Shown here: positions 47,260 through 61,700 of the stretch, piece after piece
Position numbering within the stretch: the first letter of the stretch is position 1
Layout: each line of letters starts with the position of its first letter
Source: the human T2T-CHM13v2.0 reference genome, Homo sapiens
Reading direction: 5' to 3' (one strand)
Length of the DNA stretch: 64,000 bases
Assembly: GCF_009914755.1 (NCBI RefSeq)
Contig: NC_060932.1
The notes under the pieces: generated by a model
What the model was told of the DNA's origin: nothing
What the model saw: the letters and a program-made list of their open reading frames with translations, nothing else
The model's database searches: none
Made by a program: the position numbers and the translations under genes

Positions 47260-49941
47260 GTGGGCAGAAGTGCTTGGATTTCTACTCTTTATAATAGGCA
47301 ACAGATGCCACTTGCTCAACACATAACAAGTTCCAGTTACCTGGTAGCATTTCTAGAACGCACATTACAGTATTCAGTTAACATTGAGTACTTAATGAAT
47401 GCAGTTCTCCTTTTCCTGACTTCCTTCCAGTCAGCCTCATCTTCTTTCTAATATCTGAAGTGTGAAGGAATTTTTAAAAATTTCCCTTTTAAAGCACATC
47501 TATTGTTAAAAATCATCCTCGTTGTAGTCTCACTCTATAACCACTGGAAGAGATGATTTCCTCTACTTGCTCTAGCACAGTCAGAAATTTCCCCACCATG
47601 GAAATGTGTGCATGTTTGTATTGCTTTCTTATTTTTGATGTATGGCAAAATTTTCATGAATTAGAAAATATTTTGTTATTGAACATCTGTAGTTCCAACA
47701 TTTTATATAAAAGTGGCTTTATCATATTTTATATATCCTTGTGCCTAAATGAAATCACAGTGTTAAAACATTTGCAATTGCTTTTAAACCCTTAAGATAT
47801 AAACCCCAGCTTGGCATTGACTGAATGAATGTGTTCTTGTCCAATTTGTGATATGGAGAATCACACTATGTTTTCGTTGATGCTGTTAATAATTATTGAT
47901 CAGACTGTTTTCGTTGATGTTGTTAACTATTCTTTGAGCTTTCCACCATTCAGCCTTTATTATTCAGGTCAACTTTTCTATGATACCAGCTATTATCCAA
48001 CTATCTTTTAGAGCTGGACATAAAAAGAGTAAGAAAACCATATTTAGGAGAGTGGTGGAGAAGACAGAAAGAAACAAGTTTGAGTATTAATCAAGGTAGA
48101 ACAAGCCTACACTTCACAGCAAACAGACCTCTAGATCTCTTTGGCTTAACTCAGTGGGCCCAGGTGACTCTCTAGGAAAGTTTCTTCCATATATTAACTT
48201 GACCATTGATGCTACTTGGGTCCTGTGGTTTCACTGTCTCTTCACAACAGTAAGACACCTTGGTAGAAGAATAGAGTGAATGGAGGGTTCATAACCTTCA
48301 AATCCTACTGGCCAGAGCTTATAAGGCCCCACCAAATTGCAAAGGCTGAGAGTGGTAGTCAGTATTGCCAGTGAAAACATACCTAGATTTGTCTAAATTT
48401 TGAGGAGGGGGTCAATCATGAGAAAGAACTTGAAGTCTAAGAGGAAACTAACATTTATTGGGTAGCTTTCTGTAGAAGTTCCCAAACCTTTTTTATTTAT
48501 GGCATTAAATATCTCAGTATTTTTCTGAATGGATTCCTCAGCCGAAATAACTAACTAACAGTGCCATGGATTGAGTGATTAGGTCCAAACAACTTAAAAT
48601 GTATTTATACACTAACTTAGTAGCTGTTTGAAAATAATACACATACGTTGAAAGAAAGATAATAATTTTTATTTCAGGCTTAACCACAGATATTTACTCA
48701 CTAATGAGATGTGTGGGTTTCTTGGACACTGCGCACCTCTCAGACCTTGGAATCATATTGGATCCCACCATCTTCATTTCCTGTTCCGAACTGATTTTCA
48801 TGTTTACTGGCTTTTTATCCAGCCACCACCAAAACTTAGCTCAGCAGAGATATGACATCAATGAAAGAAATGTAGTATGATCTAATGTTGAAACTCTACA
48901 CTACCTTGAGCTAGTAGTTCACACGGTGGCTGACAGGTTTCAAGTATTGCAATATTTTCCTCAACACTTTAAAATATCCCATGGCTCCCATGTAAGCAGG
49001 CTGCAGTGCCCTCGGGTGCTTCAGTGCATGATTTGGGAAGCATACGTCTGTTGGCCTAGGTACTATATATAAATCACCTACTTATTAACAGTTTGGAAGG
49101 TAGGTACTATGATTTTCAAGTTGGATGTGGAAACTAAAGTTTGAAAGGGGGCATGCATTCTACCCTAAACCTCCTAGTTAGTAATTAGCAGAGCAGAGGC
49201 TTGAACCCAAACCTTCTGGCTTTAAACCCCATTGCATCATGCCGTGTGTCATGAGATTTGCAGGATTAAGGTTTTCACAGCTCCCTCTCCCCATGACCTT
49301 TCCCTGGTTTCAAGCAACATTGAAATTAGTATTTTTTTAAAACATGTGGAAATGCTTGAAACTCATGGAAATGATTTTAAGTCATGTCTACTTTTTAGCT
49401 TTAAGGCACACCTGCTAGAAAATAAATTTTGCTGAGCAGAGATTAAAGAAGTTTACAATGGCCTTAAAATGGCCCCAAGAAAGATTGTTTAAGATTTGAA
49501 ATCAAGACGGTAAATTTCTAATTAACTTGTAATTATTTTACTGCTAATTTTTAATGTGACATTTAGTAAGAACCACATATCACTTTTCTCCAGCTGTCAG
49601 GACAGGTCCTATAAACTAAACCTTCTTCACCAGCTGTTGCCTAATGCAGTATGGTCCATGTTGGAATTTTTTCAACTCCGCCTGAACCTTATTGCTAAGT
49701 CTCAGCAGACCCATGCAAAAGTGAACCATAACTATAATCTTTCATGTTACTCATAGCTCTATTTAATTATCTGAAATACTACCTGATAAATAGTGCAATC
49801 AGAAGAATTTCAGTTTAACAGTAACTACTTCCACCTCACTTTTCTGCTCTCATCTGATTTGAAACAGGTTTTGGATTACTACCTCTAAATTATGTAAACT
49901 CTTAATCAATGATTAATTTAAGAATCTTCGAGCTGCTGGTT

Positions 49942-49967
49942 TGTGTGTGTGTGTGTGTGTGTGTGTG

Positions 49968-50009
<42 letters not shown>
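49942..50009. repeat. (TG)n microsatellite, 68 bp with one CA interruption
   Basis: Read directly. Confidence 0.97.
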
Positions 50010-50010
<1 letters not shown>

Positions 50011-51270
50011 TTCTTATGTGTCAATAAATTCAGCCCTAGTAAAACACTCTTTTTTTCTTCCCTAGACTTTTTAGGCCTTTGTTTTCTCCTCAGCTTGTTG
50101 AGGGGATAAAGGATAAGTAGATGGAACCAAGGAATAGTAAATCCTTGCAAAAGAAATTTGTTTTCAAAGAAATTTCACTTCACATATAACTAAATGTATA
50201 TTTGCATTAAATGCCCCTAACACAGGTTATAATTCAGAGAAACATCTGAATAGTGGAAAAACTGTTCTCTACTTAAAAACAAATTCATCAGCAAATGGGA
50301 ATAGACTAACATTTATTAAGCACCCTGTAAATGCAAGGCATTTTACATCTATTACTTTGTTTGAACCTAAATATAACACTGAGAGCTCAATTTTATGACC
50401 TTCATTTTGCAGAGGAGGAAACTGAAGGCCGAGAGTTTTAGGAAATCTTCCAAGTTTATAAGTGAATAAATGTTAGTGTTTGCATTCAAAGTCAGGTGGG
50501 TCTCACTTCACAGCCATGGCTTTTGCCTACAGGACTGTGCTGCCTTCAGATCATTTATGTTTTATAATGGTGATTGTATATGAAAACAGGGTATTAATTT
50601 TTTATTTATCAAATATTTATTTGGTAAATAAAATGTGACCAGCACATTTATAGGAGTGAATTAATGGAAATTATGATTATTGACATTTATTAAAGCTATA
50701 TATATGTATTTTCTAAAAGCCAGTGATTTATTTTCAGCCTTTTTGTAATTTTTCATTAAGGATCTCAGAAAATCCCAGTGTGTTGGTGAGGATCTGCAAT
50801 ATTGAAAAAATGTTGGACCGCATCCCAGGAGACCTGTGTTTGCCTCTTCCACTTGCTACCTCTGTGGTCAAAAGAGTCAGTTTCTGTATTTGTGGCTCAG
50901 TTTCTTTATTTGTATAATGAAGGGATTGGAATATATAATCTCTGAGATTCTTCTGAGTACTACAATTCAATGATTTTACTAAACACACTCAACTTTTATA
51001 GGTCGTTCCCAAAAATCCATATGAGTAAACTGAAATGCTGGTGGTGTATATAATTCAGAGCTGATGAAACACCTTCAGATTTGGCTTTGGAAAGTATAAA
51101 TGAAGTACAGTGAATAAAACTTTTAAAACACGATACGAATTATATTAGTTTTTTACCACTTAGAACAAATTACCACTCATTTTGTATCTTAAAACATTAT
51201 ACCTTTGTTATCTCCCATCCATGGTTTAGATGGGTCCTCTATTCAGGGTCTCACAAGGGTACAATTAAAG

Positions 51271-51618
51271 TGATATGGCTTGGCTATGTCCCCACCCAAA
51301 TCTCACCTTGAATTGTAATAATCCCCACATGTCAAGGGCAGGGCCAGGTGGAGATAATTGAATCATGGGGGCAGTTTCCCCATACTGTTCCTGTGGTAGT
51401 GAATAAGTCTCACGAGATCTGATGGTTTTATAAATGGGAGTTCTCCCACACAAGCTCTGTTGCCTGTTGCCATGTAAGATGTGACTTTGCTCCTCATTCC
51501 ACCATGATTGTGAGGCCTCCCCAGCGATGTGGAACTGTGAGTCATTAAACCTCTTTCCTTTATAAATTACCCAGTCTTGGGCATGTTTTTATTAGCAGCA
51601 TGAGAACAGACTAGTACA
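51271..51618 (+). mobile_element. THE1 (about THE1C) MaLR solo LTR
   Basis: tgatatggcttggctatgtccccacccaaatctc...gagaacagactagtaca. Confidence 0.9.
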
Positions 51619-51897
51619 CAAGGTGTCAGTGAACTGAATTTATTTCTGGAGCTTGGTCTTTTCCAAGCTGAGGTCAATGGCAGAATTCATCTTTTTGTGG
51701 TTGTAGAATGGAGGTCCCTGGTTTTTTTTTTTTTAGCTGTCATCCAGGAGCAGACAGTGTTCAGCTCTTATAGGTTGCCTGCAATTTCTTGCTGTTTAGT
51801 CCCCTCACAAGCCTTCTTAAAGTCAAGATATTTACTTTTTCAAACTTAACAAGGGATAGTCTCTCCCTCTGTCTGTTAAGACAGAGCCTTATATAAC

Positions 51898-52347
51898 TCT
51901 CCTGGGTTGAATACTGTCTCCCCAAATTCATGTCCACCTGGAACCTCACAATGTGATTATATTTGGAAATAAGGTCTTTGCAGATGTAATTGGTTAAGGT
52001 AAGATGAGGTTACACAGGAGTACATAGGCCTGATCCAGTGACTGATGTCCTTATAAAAGAAAACAGATACACACAGACACAGAGGGAAGATGGCCATATG
52101 ACAATGGAGGCAGAGATTGGAGTTACGCTGGTACAAACCAAGGAACACTAAGCTTTGTTGGAAACCACCAAAAGCTGAAAGAAGCAAGGAAGGATTCTTT
52201 CCCTAGACCCTTCAGGAAGAGCATGGGCCTATATGCACTTTGACTTCAGGTTTTGTGCCTCCAGAACTGTGAGAGAATAAATCTGTATTGTTTTAGGAGG
52301 CCAAATCTATGTTAACTTTGTTTCAGCAGCCTGAGGAACCTGATGTA
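51898..52347 (+). mobile_element. MLT1B/C MaLR solo LTR
   Basis: gggttgaat...atttggaaataaggtctttgcagatgtaatt...ccagaactgtgagagaataaat. Confidence 0.85.
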
Positions 52348-54829
52348 ATAATGTAATGAAATCATGAGGATAACATTCTATTAACTTTCACAGATACCAG
52401 TAACCAAATCAAGAGAGCATTTGTCATATTCTGTCCATGGGAAGCAAGTCACAGCTTCCTCCCACCCTATAGGGGAAAGGACTGACTGGGGATCACCTTA
52501 GGATATGTCTGCCACAACAATGCAAGGTTATAGTGTTTTATCTTATGAAAGTGGGCCTCTTTATTGTGTAAGAATTCAGCAGCTCTATCTAATTCCCTTC
52601 ACAATCTCTAGTTATTTCAAAGTTATATACACAGGTATTTGTTTTATTGAAAAGTTTCAGCATAACTGTTATCTTCTTAAATGATTGCTCTGTTCTTCAG
52701 AGTCCATCTATCTTGACATTTAATTGTGCTCTTGTCTTTTAAAAATTGATTTGATGATATATTAGCTGTAGGTTGTTTTAAATATGGAAGTTAGCTGATC
52801 ATTTGAAAATATAAAGCAGAGAAACAGAGAAGTTTATTAGCTAAACTCTGCCCTCTTAAAAGCATCATTAGCCCTCCAAGAGATGTTCGTCAGTTGACTC
52901 AATTTCATTAAGGACCTACCATATATTCAGCATTGCACAAGCTTATTAAGTGTATTTTAGTACATCCTCCCTATTTTAAATGATAAAATGATATGGTTAA
53001 AGGAAAGTTGAGACTTGTCAGCCAGCAAAATCACTGCCTTCAGATTACTCTAGGATATACTTATACAAAACATTAGTAGATTCCGCCCATATTCTTAGAT
53101 TTCACAGAACTGCAGGCCAGGGTTAGCGAGGACCAACAAAGCGAAGCAGTGACTCTATTTAACTATGGATATCCTGTGGTTTTTATATTGATTCGTGAAT
53201 CCAAACATTTACTGATACTATAAACTGCAGTCAGATTTGTAAACTAATGTTCCAGACACATGTTTCATAATTTCAGGTGGATTTCTTTGTGGGATGTCAG
53301 ACAAACATGTGTTTTTCTTTGGGTACTGCCATAGAGCTCCCTTATAGGATAAATTTCAGCCCTTATTCAGTCTTGGAGAAAAATAAATGTTTCCCAATAT
53401 ATGAACTTAGTGCATATCATGTTGCATAACTATTCTGGGTGCACAGTCCCTGTATATTTTGAATATTCTCAAAGATTCAAACTTTCCATTCAGAGATAGT
53501 TTGTTTGAAACTCTATTCAGTTTTGTCAGAGATAGAGGTTTACATACTTTCTTATATGATGCGGTCAAAATCCAGTCCCTAAACTATCCTTGATTTTATA
53601 AAGACCATAATTAAAAGTCTTTCTTCTTGCCAAATTCCTAATCTTTAACACTGCATGAATAATCCTTTAGGGTAATGGTATTTAATACTGTTAGAAAGAG
53701 GTATAAAATGCTATAATTTCAGAAAGATTATTTAGGCAATATCAAACAGGAAAAAATAAGCACACTTTGGGTCCCTAAACTTAGAATTGCCAGGTAATGT
53801 GAAAAGAAGTTCATATGGTCAAGTTCCCTGGCTCTGGATTTTAGCAAACTGAAGTAGTGTTCTATAGGCCCCTGACGAAATTTAGATGATCAAAGGCAGC
53901 ATTTCTCATCTGCACTTTCTGGATTGGGTCTCTCAATGAGAGAGATCAAAATCTATAGATAAAATTACAAGCTCTGGAGTCAGTTGGCATGTGTTCAAAA
54001 TTCAAGCTCTAGCAGTGTTTAGCTGTAAAATGGGATCGTATAATAGAGAATTTGTAGTGATTAAATAATGAATGTAAATTCATAGCATGAAGCCTAATGG
54101 ATAGGAATTGCTACCTATATGTTAGCTAAAAAGAAGCAATAAAATAAAATTTTCACTCAACACTCACTTCCAAGTGTCTGTGAAACAAACTTAAACTATG
54201 GCTAAATTTACAAATGATCTTGGGGTTTTCTTTGGCATAGAATACTTTGGCACCACCCATATAGGTAGAAAGAAAAAAAAAACATTCATTGGCTACTTGC
54301 TGTATGTCAGGTGATATGCTAGACTCTTTGCATTAAACTCATCAAATTCTCAAAATAAATTTATGAGATGTCTTCATTTTAAAATAAATTGAGGCTAAAA
54401 CAGTAATAATAATTGCAGACCTGTGATTTCAGTCCACATTGGTATGACTCCTTAATCTGAGCTCTTCTTGTTCTACCATACTGTTCTCAAAAGGCAAAGT
54501 CCTGTGTAGTTCATGACTTCTGTGGACCATACAGAGATAAAAATAAGAATGGAAAGTGATGAGATTTCTATCATACAATTGTCATTTCCTGTGAAAAGGC
54601 AAAGATGATTTCAAATAGTGAACAAGCCTAGAAAGTTTTTAAGGGGCTTTGGAACATGATAGAGACACACAATCAGACATGTTCTCAGACTAGTTCATGT
54701 AAGTCTTTCCTTTGTCCTCCCTCCCACATAGAAATGCAGTCACAGTCACCTAGACCAGTTTGTGTCTATTGGCAATCTTGGGATCATTTAGATGGGATGA
54801 AGGTAGCTGGGAATGGTGGATTGGAAGTA

Positions 54830-55700
54830 ATTACATTTGCATTTTGAAAAAAATCACATGAACTGCCGTGCAAAGAACAGATTAGAGAAAGGCCAGAGAG
54901 ATGAACATGGGGAGATAGGTTAGGAAGCTATTGTCATAGTCCAGGTAAAAAATTGTTATTCTTAGAGTAGACCAGAAATAAGAGGATGAGAAGTTAATGG
55001 ATTTGTGTTAGAGGTTAGTGGGACTTTGTGAAGGACTGAGTATGCATGGTGAAGTTAGGAAGGTTCAAAAGAACTCTTAGTTCTGCAAAGTTCATTGAGA
55101 TAGGGGAAACGGAAGTAGAATCACATTTTAGGGGATAGATCAATACACTAGTTTTTGTATATGATCAGTTTGGCTAGGCTGAGTTTGGATATGCTGAGTT
55201 TGAGACTTCCAAATGGAGATGTAGGATAGGACATTGAAAATAAAGATGTAAAGCTCAGAGAATAGTTCTGGCTAGAGACATGCATTTGGGAGGGTGACCA
55301 TAGCGCTGTATGTATGGTGATGGAAGCTATGGACATGGATGTTATTTTCTCAGAAAAGCATAGAGGGTGAGACAGAAAGATTTTCTGTGAACTAGGCTTG
55401 TGGAAGTCCAACCCTGTGATGGTTGGGTGGATGAGGATGAACCTGCAGAGGAAACAGAGGATCAGAGATAGAGAAGCAAAACCAAGTGACTGGGGTAAGA
55501 AGTATTGCAAAAGAAGACATGATTAAGGCATGTGGCAGTAGATGAGGACTGGAACATGTCCACAGATTTTGTAACATGGAATGAATTAGTGACCTTAGCA
55601 AGAGCTCTTTTGGTGAAGTGATGAAGGAATTTTAGAGGTTAGAGGAATAAACAGTAGATAAAGAATTGAAATAATGTATAGAAAAAACCCAACCAACCAA
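54830..55700 (-). mobile_element. L2 LINE remnant; boundaries approximate
   Basis: Purine-rich L2 motifs (gttaggaagctattgtcatagtccaggt; gagtttggatatgctgagtttgag). Confidence 0.7.
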
Positions 55701-56313
55701 CCAAACAAAAAACCTTTTGAGAAGAAGTTTAGTTGGGCTTTTAGAACCCAGGAAAAGCAGTTAGGCTTTCTCTTTCTTAGGTCAACTTCTTTGTTGTAAC
55801 CTAACAAAAAAGGAAAAAGAGAGAGAGAGAGAAATTCAAGCCAAGGGAAAATATTCATAACTTTTTAAAGTAGCCTGATTCTTCCACCTAGAGATTTTGA
55901 ACTAAAATGTGGAATGTGGATCTATTCCAGGCCAATACAGAGGAACCTTCTTACTTGAGGAGGGGCAGACAGGCAGCAGGGCACAGTTATGCTGGTGGTG
56001 GGTATTCTAGTTGGATGAGACAAAAATCCAGTTTAGCTAAACTACCCTAGAAATTCCCTCATTGTCAGAGCTTGAGTTCTTGATGTTCCCAAGCCAGAGG
56101 AGAAAAATCCTTAGTACAAAGCAGAGCAGCATAAAAACTCTATTTCTTAGCAGAGAGAGAATAAGTAATTTTGTTTGAGTCAAATACATGTATGATATGT
56201 TTCTCCTTCATTAGTTTTTGAGTACCAACTTGGTAGAAAGCATATTACCAGTGTTTTGATTACTCTTCAACATATTTCTGCCTATAAGCTTTTTGAGGTG
56301 AAAGAGCTTATTC

Positions 56314-56612
56314 TTTTTTTTTTTTTTCATTTGGATACAGAGTATCACTGTGTCTCCCAGGATGAGTGCAGTGGTGTGATCATGGCTTACTTCAGTCTCA
56401 AACTCCGAGGCTCAGATGATCCTCCCACCTCAGCCTCCTGAGTAGCTGGGACCACAGGCAGGTACTACCACATCTGGCTAATTTTTTATTTGTAGAGATG
56501 TGGGTCTTGCTATGTTGCCTGGGCTAGTCTCAAACTCCTGGACTCAAGTGATCTGTTCACCTCAGCCTCCCAAAGTGCTGAGATTACAGGCATGAGCCAC
56601 TATGCCTGCCCA
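56314..56612 (-). mobile_element. AluJ SINE
   Basis: Diverged full dimer. Confidence 0.9.
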
Positions 56613-56865
56613 TAATTTTATTCTCAATTCTTAAAAATCATATTTTGAAACTTAATATACAGTAATGTTGGCTTTCTTTTGGTGTGCAAGTCTGTGAAGT
56701 TTAACACATGCATAGATTCCTAAGCTATCACTGCAACCAGAGTACAAAATCATTCTATCATCCCAAGAATCTTCCTCAAGCCAGTTGTAACCTCTTCCCA
56801 CCTAAGTTTTTGTAACCATTGATCTATTCTGTGACACTATAGTTTTATCCTTTTGAGATTGCCTC

Positions 56866-57604
56866 AGCTACTATGAAGAACAGTATGGAGGTTCCTCAAA
56901 AAAACCAAAAATAGAACTGCCATAAGATCTAGAGATCCTACTGCTGGGTATATGTCTAAAAGAAAAGAAGTCAGTATATCAAAGAGATAACTGCACTTTC
57001 ATGTTTATTACAGAAGTATTCACAATAGCCAGGATGTGAAAGCAACTTAAGTGTCCACCAACAGATGAATGGGTAAAGAAAATGTGGTACATGTACACAA
57101 TGGAGTACTATTTGGCCATAAAAAAGAATAAAATTCTATCATTTGCAACAACATGCATGGAACTGGAGGACATTATGTTAAATGAAATGAATTGGGTACA
57201 GAAAGACAAATATTGCATGTTCTGATTCATACATGGGAACTAAAAGAAATTAAACTTATGGAGAGAGTGGAATGATGGTTGCCAGAAGCTAAGAAAGGTA
57301 GCAGGGAGAGAGCGATAAAATAGGGTGGTTAATGAGTACAAAAACACATTTAGATGGAATGAATAAGATCTAGTATTTGGTAGCACACTAAAGTGACTAT
57401 AGCTAATAATAATTCTCTGCATTTTTTTTAATAACCAAAAGAGTGGAATTGGAATATTCCTAACACAAAGAAGTCATAAAGGCTTGAGGTGATGGATATC
57501 CCAATTATCTTGATTTGATCATTACACATTGTAAGCCTGTATCAAAATATCACCAGTACTCCCTAAGTATATATAACTAGTAGGTACCCATAATAATTAA
57601 AAAT
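56866..57604 (+). mobile_element. L1MA-type 3' end inserted in an older opposite-strand L1M
   Basis: aacagtatggaggttcctcaaaaaa...gatggatatcccaattatcttgatttgatcattacacattg. Confidence 0.82.
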
Positions 57605-58127
57605 TTTAGAAAATTGAATCATAGAGTATATAACTTTTTGAGACTGGCTTCTTTTACTGAGACTAACACCTTTAAGATTCATTCATGTCATTGCATATAT
57701 AAATAATTCATTCCTTTTATTGCTGAATAATATTCCACTATATAAATGTATCACAATTTGTTTACCCATTCACCTATTCAAGGACCACAGTTGTTTCCAA
57801 TTTTAGCAGCTATAAACATTTGTGTACAGGTTTTTGTATGAATATAAGTTTCCTTTCTCTAAAGCAAATAGGAGTAGAATTTCTAGACCTTATTCTAAGT
57901 GTGTATTTAACTTTATAAAACACTGTCAAACTTTTCCAGGGCAGCTATACTTTGTATCTTTGTTTTAAAATTAAAATGAGATATACATCTATGATAATGG
58001 CTACAATTAAAATGCTGACAATTTCAAGTGCTGACAAAGATGTGGAGCAACTGGAACTCTCATATTGCGAGTGAGAATACAAAATGACACAGCTGGGTGA
58101 AAAAAATGGGAATCTCAATTCAATTAA

Positions 58128-58422
<295 letters not shown>

Positions 58423-58470
58423 TGATAACTTAATCACGGAAGTGAGATTTCTTCATTTTGCCATATTCTA

Positions 58471-58749
58471 CAAGTTGAGCATCCCTTATCTGAACTGTTT
58501 GGGATCAGAAGTGTTTCAAATTTCAGTATATTTTTTGATTTTGGAATATTTGCCTATACATAATGAGATATTATGGAGATGGCACCCGAGTCTAAACACG
58601 AAATAATTTTGCTCATGAAACAAAGTTTTGACTGCAACCCATCACATCAGGTGTGGAATTTTCCACTTGTGGCATCATGTTGGCACTCAAAATTTCAAAT
58701 TTTGGACCATTTCAGATTTTGAGTTTTCAGATTAGGGATGCTCAAGCTG
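58471..58749. mobile_element. MER2 (TcMar-Tigger) element
   Basis: TIRs caagttgagcatccct / agggatgctcaagctg. Confidence 0.85.
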
Positions 58750-61700
58750 TGTTTGTTAGAATCAAGTTATTAGGTTTAGTCCACACTCAAGGAAAGGGAT
58801 TTACACAAGGGCATGAATACCAGTAAGGATGGACCACATTGGGAGCCACTTGAGAAGGCTTACGACAATAATAATGTAAAGAACATGAGAAGAAAAAATA
58901 ATATATTCACATATAATAATATGTTTGCATAGATATTTATCATTTCTATTGCTCTTCCTTTATTACTGATGGTTCCAAATTTCCTTCTGTTATCATTTTA
59001 CTTTCTGTCAGTGAAATATCTGTTATCAATTATTTCAGAATGGATATGCTGATAATGTATTCTCTTAATTTGTCTTCTATTGGGAAAGCATTTTCTTCAC
59101 CTTTTTTTTCTGAAGGCTATTTCACTGCGTACAGTAGAGCAGTCTGGGTTAACAGTTGTAGTTCTTTAAAATGTATTCAATTGCATCTGACCTCCATGTT
59201 TTCCAATTAATCTGAAGTGTTTTCTTATAAATAATATGTCATCTACTCTGATTACTTTCAGATTTTTTGTCTTAATTTTTAGCGGTTTAATTATGATAGA
59301 TTTCTTTGAGTTTCTCTTGTTTAGGATTCCTGGGCTTCTTGAATCTGTACATCTACATATTTCACCATATTTTCAAAGTTACAGCCATCATATCTTCAAA
59401 AAAATTTTAGCACTGGACTCTTTCTCTTCTTTGGTATTCTAATGGCACAAGTATTAGATCTTTTGACATATTACTATAAAATGAGGCTCTGTTATCTTTC
59501 TCCCAGTATCTTCTTCCCTTTTTTGTTGTTGAGAATTTTAATCTTTTCTTTGATTCCTAGAGTGCTCTCCTTTATTTATTATAAGGTCTTTGTAAGATAA
59601 TTTCAACATCTGTGTCACTTCAGTGTTGCTGTCTATTGGTTGTCTTTTTCCATACAGATTGAGATTTACTAGTTCTTTATATGACAAATAATTTTAGATT
59701 GTAGGCTGGATATTTTGAATGTTACATTATGCAACCCTTGGTTTTGTTTAAATCCTATGGAGAATGTTGATATTTTTTGTTTTAGCAGGCAATTGGCCCA
59801 ATTTTATCTAGCTCACAAGTTCTGTCCAGCCTTCTGTGAATTGCAGTTCCAATGTAAGCTTCATTCTCAAAGCCTTTGTAAGTACTTTTCTGATCTGTCC
59901 AATGTACACACCACCCAATGGCCATTCTAGAACCTATCTCATAGTTCAGTTCTCATAGTGTTTGTTAAGCTGTTTAGGATCCAATCGATGCATATACAAC
60001 TTGAGAAAAAGCCTAGGAGTTCATAAATAATTTTATGGGGTTACTTTCCCAAGATCCTTCCTGTTCCTAGCACTTTCTAGTTTCCTGATGTTCCCAAAGT
60101 TGATCTTCTGGCTAGGATGATGGAGCTTTATTTAACCTGCTTTGCTTCCCACTTGTCATAAATGCACCTACAATGGGACCCCTTGTTGAGAGGAGAGATA
60201 GAGAAAAGGGCAATGGGGTTTCATCCCACCCTAACTGAATCTGAGTTTCCTTACTCACTGTGCATTAAAACACATTTTATTGTTAACATTATATTATTTT
60301 TAAACTTCTTTGAAATGAGTTTGGAAGGGAAAGTCATTTTGCTGAAAGCTTGCACCTTTCTCATTTGAATCAAAGGACCGTACTCTGTCTGTTACCAAGC
60401 ATCGGAAACACATGGTGGGGCCAGCTGCCTCAGGTAAGTACCGTGTACTAAGGGAATTCTTTGCAGAAGGAGAGATCTGAAATCAACTGCCAGATGAGGA
60501 ATCAGACAACAGGGGGAAAAAAAAGAGAGAGAGAAGAGTACAAGAAAGAAATGGTTAGGGCATCTGATAGATATTGGTCTTGGTGTGATGACCTGATGTT
60601 GAAGTTAAAACACCACCACCAGCCCTAAAGTTAGGTTCATGTAATTTTTAGTTGTGTTCAGTCTTTATGGGACAAATTCCAAATCCTACAATGGCTTCAG
60701 TTTGACAGGCCTTTTGTCTATTCAAACCATATTTCTTTCTACTACAGGTTAATATTATTGAAAGATCATATTTTGATGTTTCTGGTTTCTGGAAAGTTTG
60801 TGAGATCAAAGTAAATGAAAACCAGGACTTTTAGCTATGTTCTTACCACCTTTTCAAGGTAAGGGCACAAAGGAATTCTATTCATAGACAAATAAATACT
60901 TTAAAGATTTAGTTTTATGTGAATAAAATCTTTAATAAGTATTGTCCATTTTAGACTCTGAACTGGGCACTTAAAACCATGTGATTGGTTATTAGAATAA
61001 AAATAAAATGATTTTTAAAAATAAATAAAACCTCCTAAGTGGGGCAGAAAAATGATGTCATTGAAATCTGAAAACTGTCTTTAACAGTTTATGTTTATAC
61101 AGTGATATCCTGCTGATGTCTGATGTAAAAGAAAAAGAAAAAAAACTTCTTAGAGAAAATTAGCTACTTGAACTAAGGCTGCCGAATGCATTTAAATCCT
61201 GCAATTTTGGCAGAATATCACATCATCTAAATGGGGGGAGATAAACTCGAGGTGTAAAGGATATGAAATGCAGTTTGCATTCTTGACTTCCCAGACAGTA
61301 GATTGCAGAAGGTGATAAGTTAAAGCTTCTGAGGAAAAAGGTAAACTAATTCTGGAGCTGCCAGTGATATATCCTGGCTGGACTAAAATCAAAGTATTTT
61401 CATTAGCCTAGGCAGCCTAAAAGACATAGTGTTATTTTATTTTTTAAAATATAATTTCCACCTTGTAAATACATCATGATATTTCTTATTGGAGAACTTG
61501 CAGTTGGGTATAATTTTAAAATGGCTCATGTTTTTAGCAATGAGGAAAAAATAACCTTGAGCATAAATAACATGAATATTAATAATGTTTAACTAAAGAA
61601 TGAAGAATTACATCTTAAAATAATTCCTGTACTCTCTTCATAATCATGCATTATGTATGAGAGGCAAAGTGCTCTGAGCATCTCTGAGGATAAAAAGTGA

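Larger units (their letters stand above)
51142..52516 (-). mobile_element. Old MLT1-type LTR hosting two nested MaLR LTRs
   Basis: gggtcctctattcagggtctcacaag...aggtgtcag continuity across the inserts; ends gtctgccaca. Confidence 0.65.
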
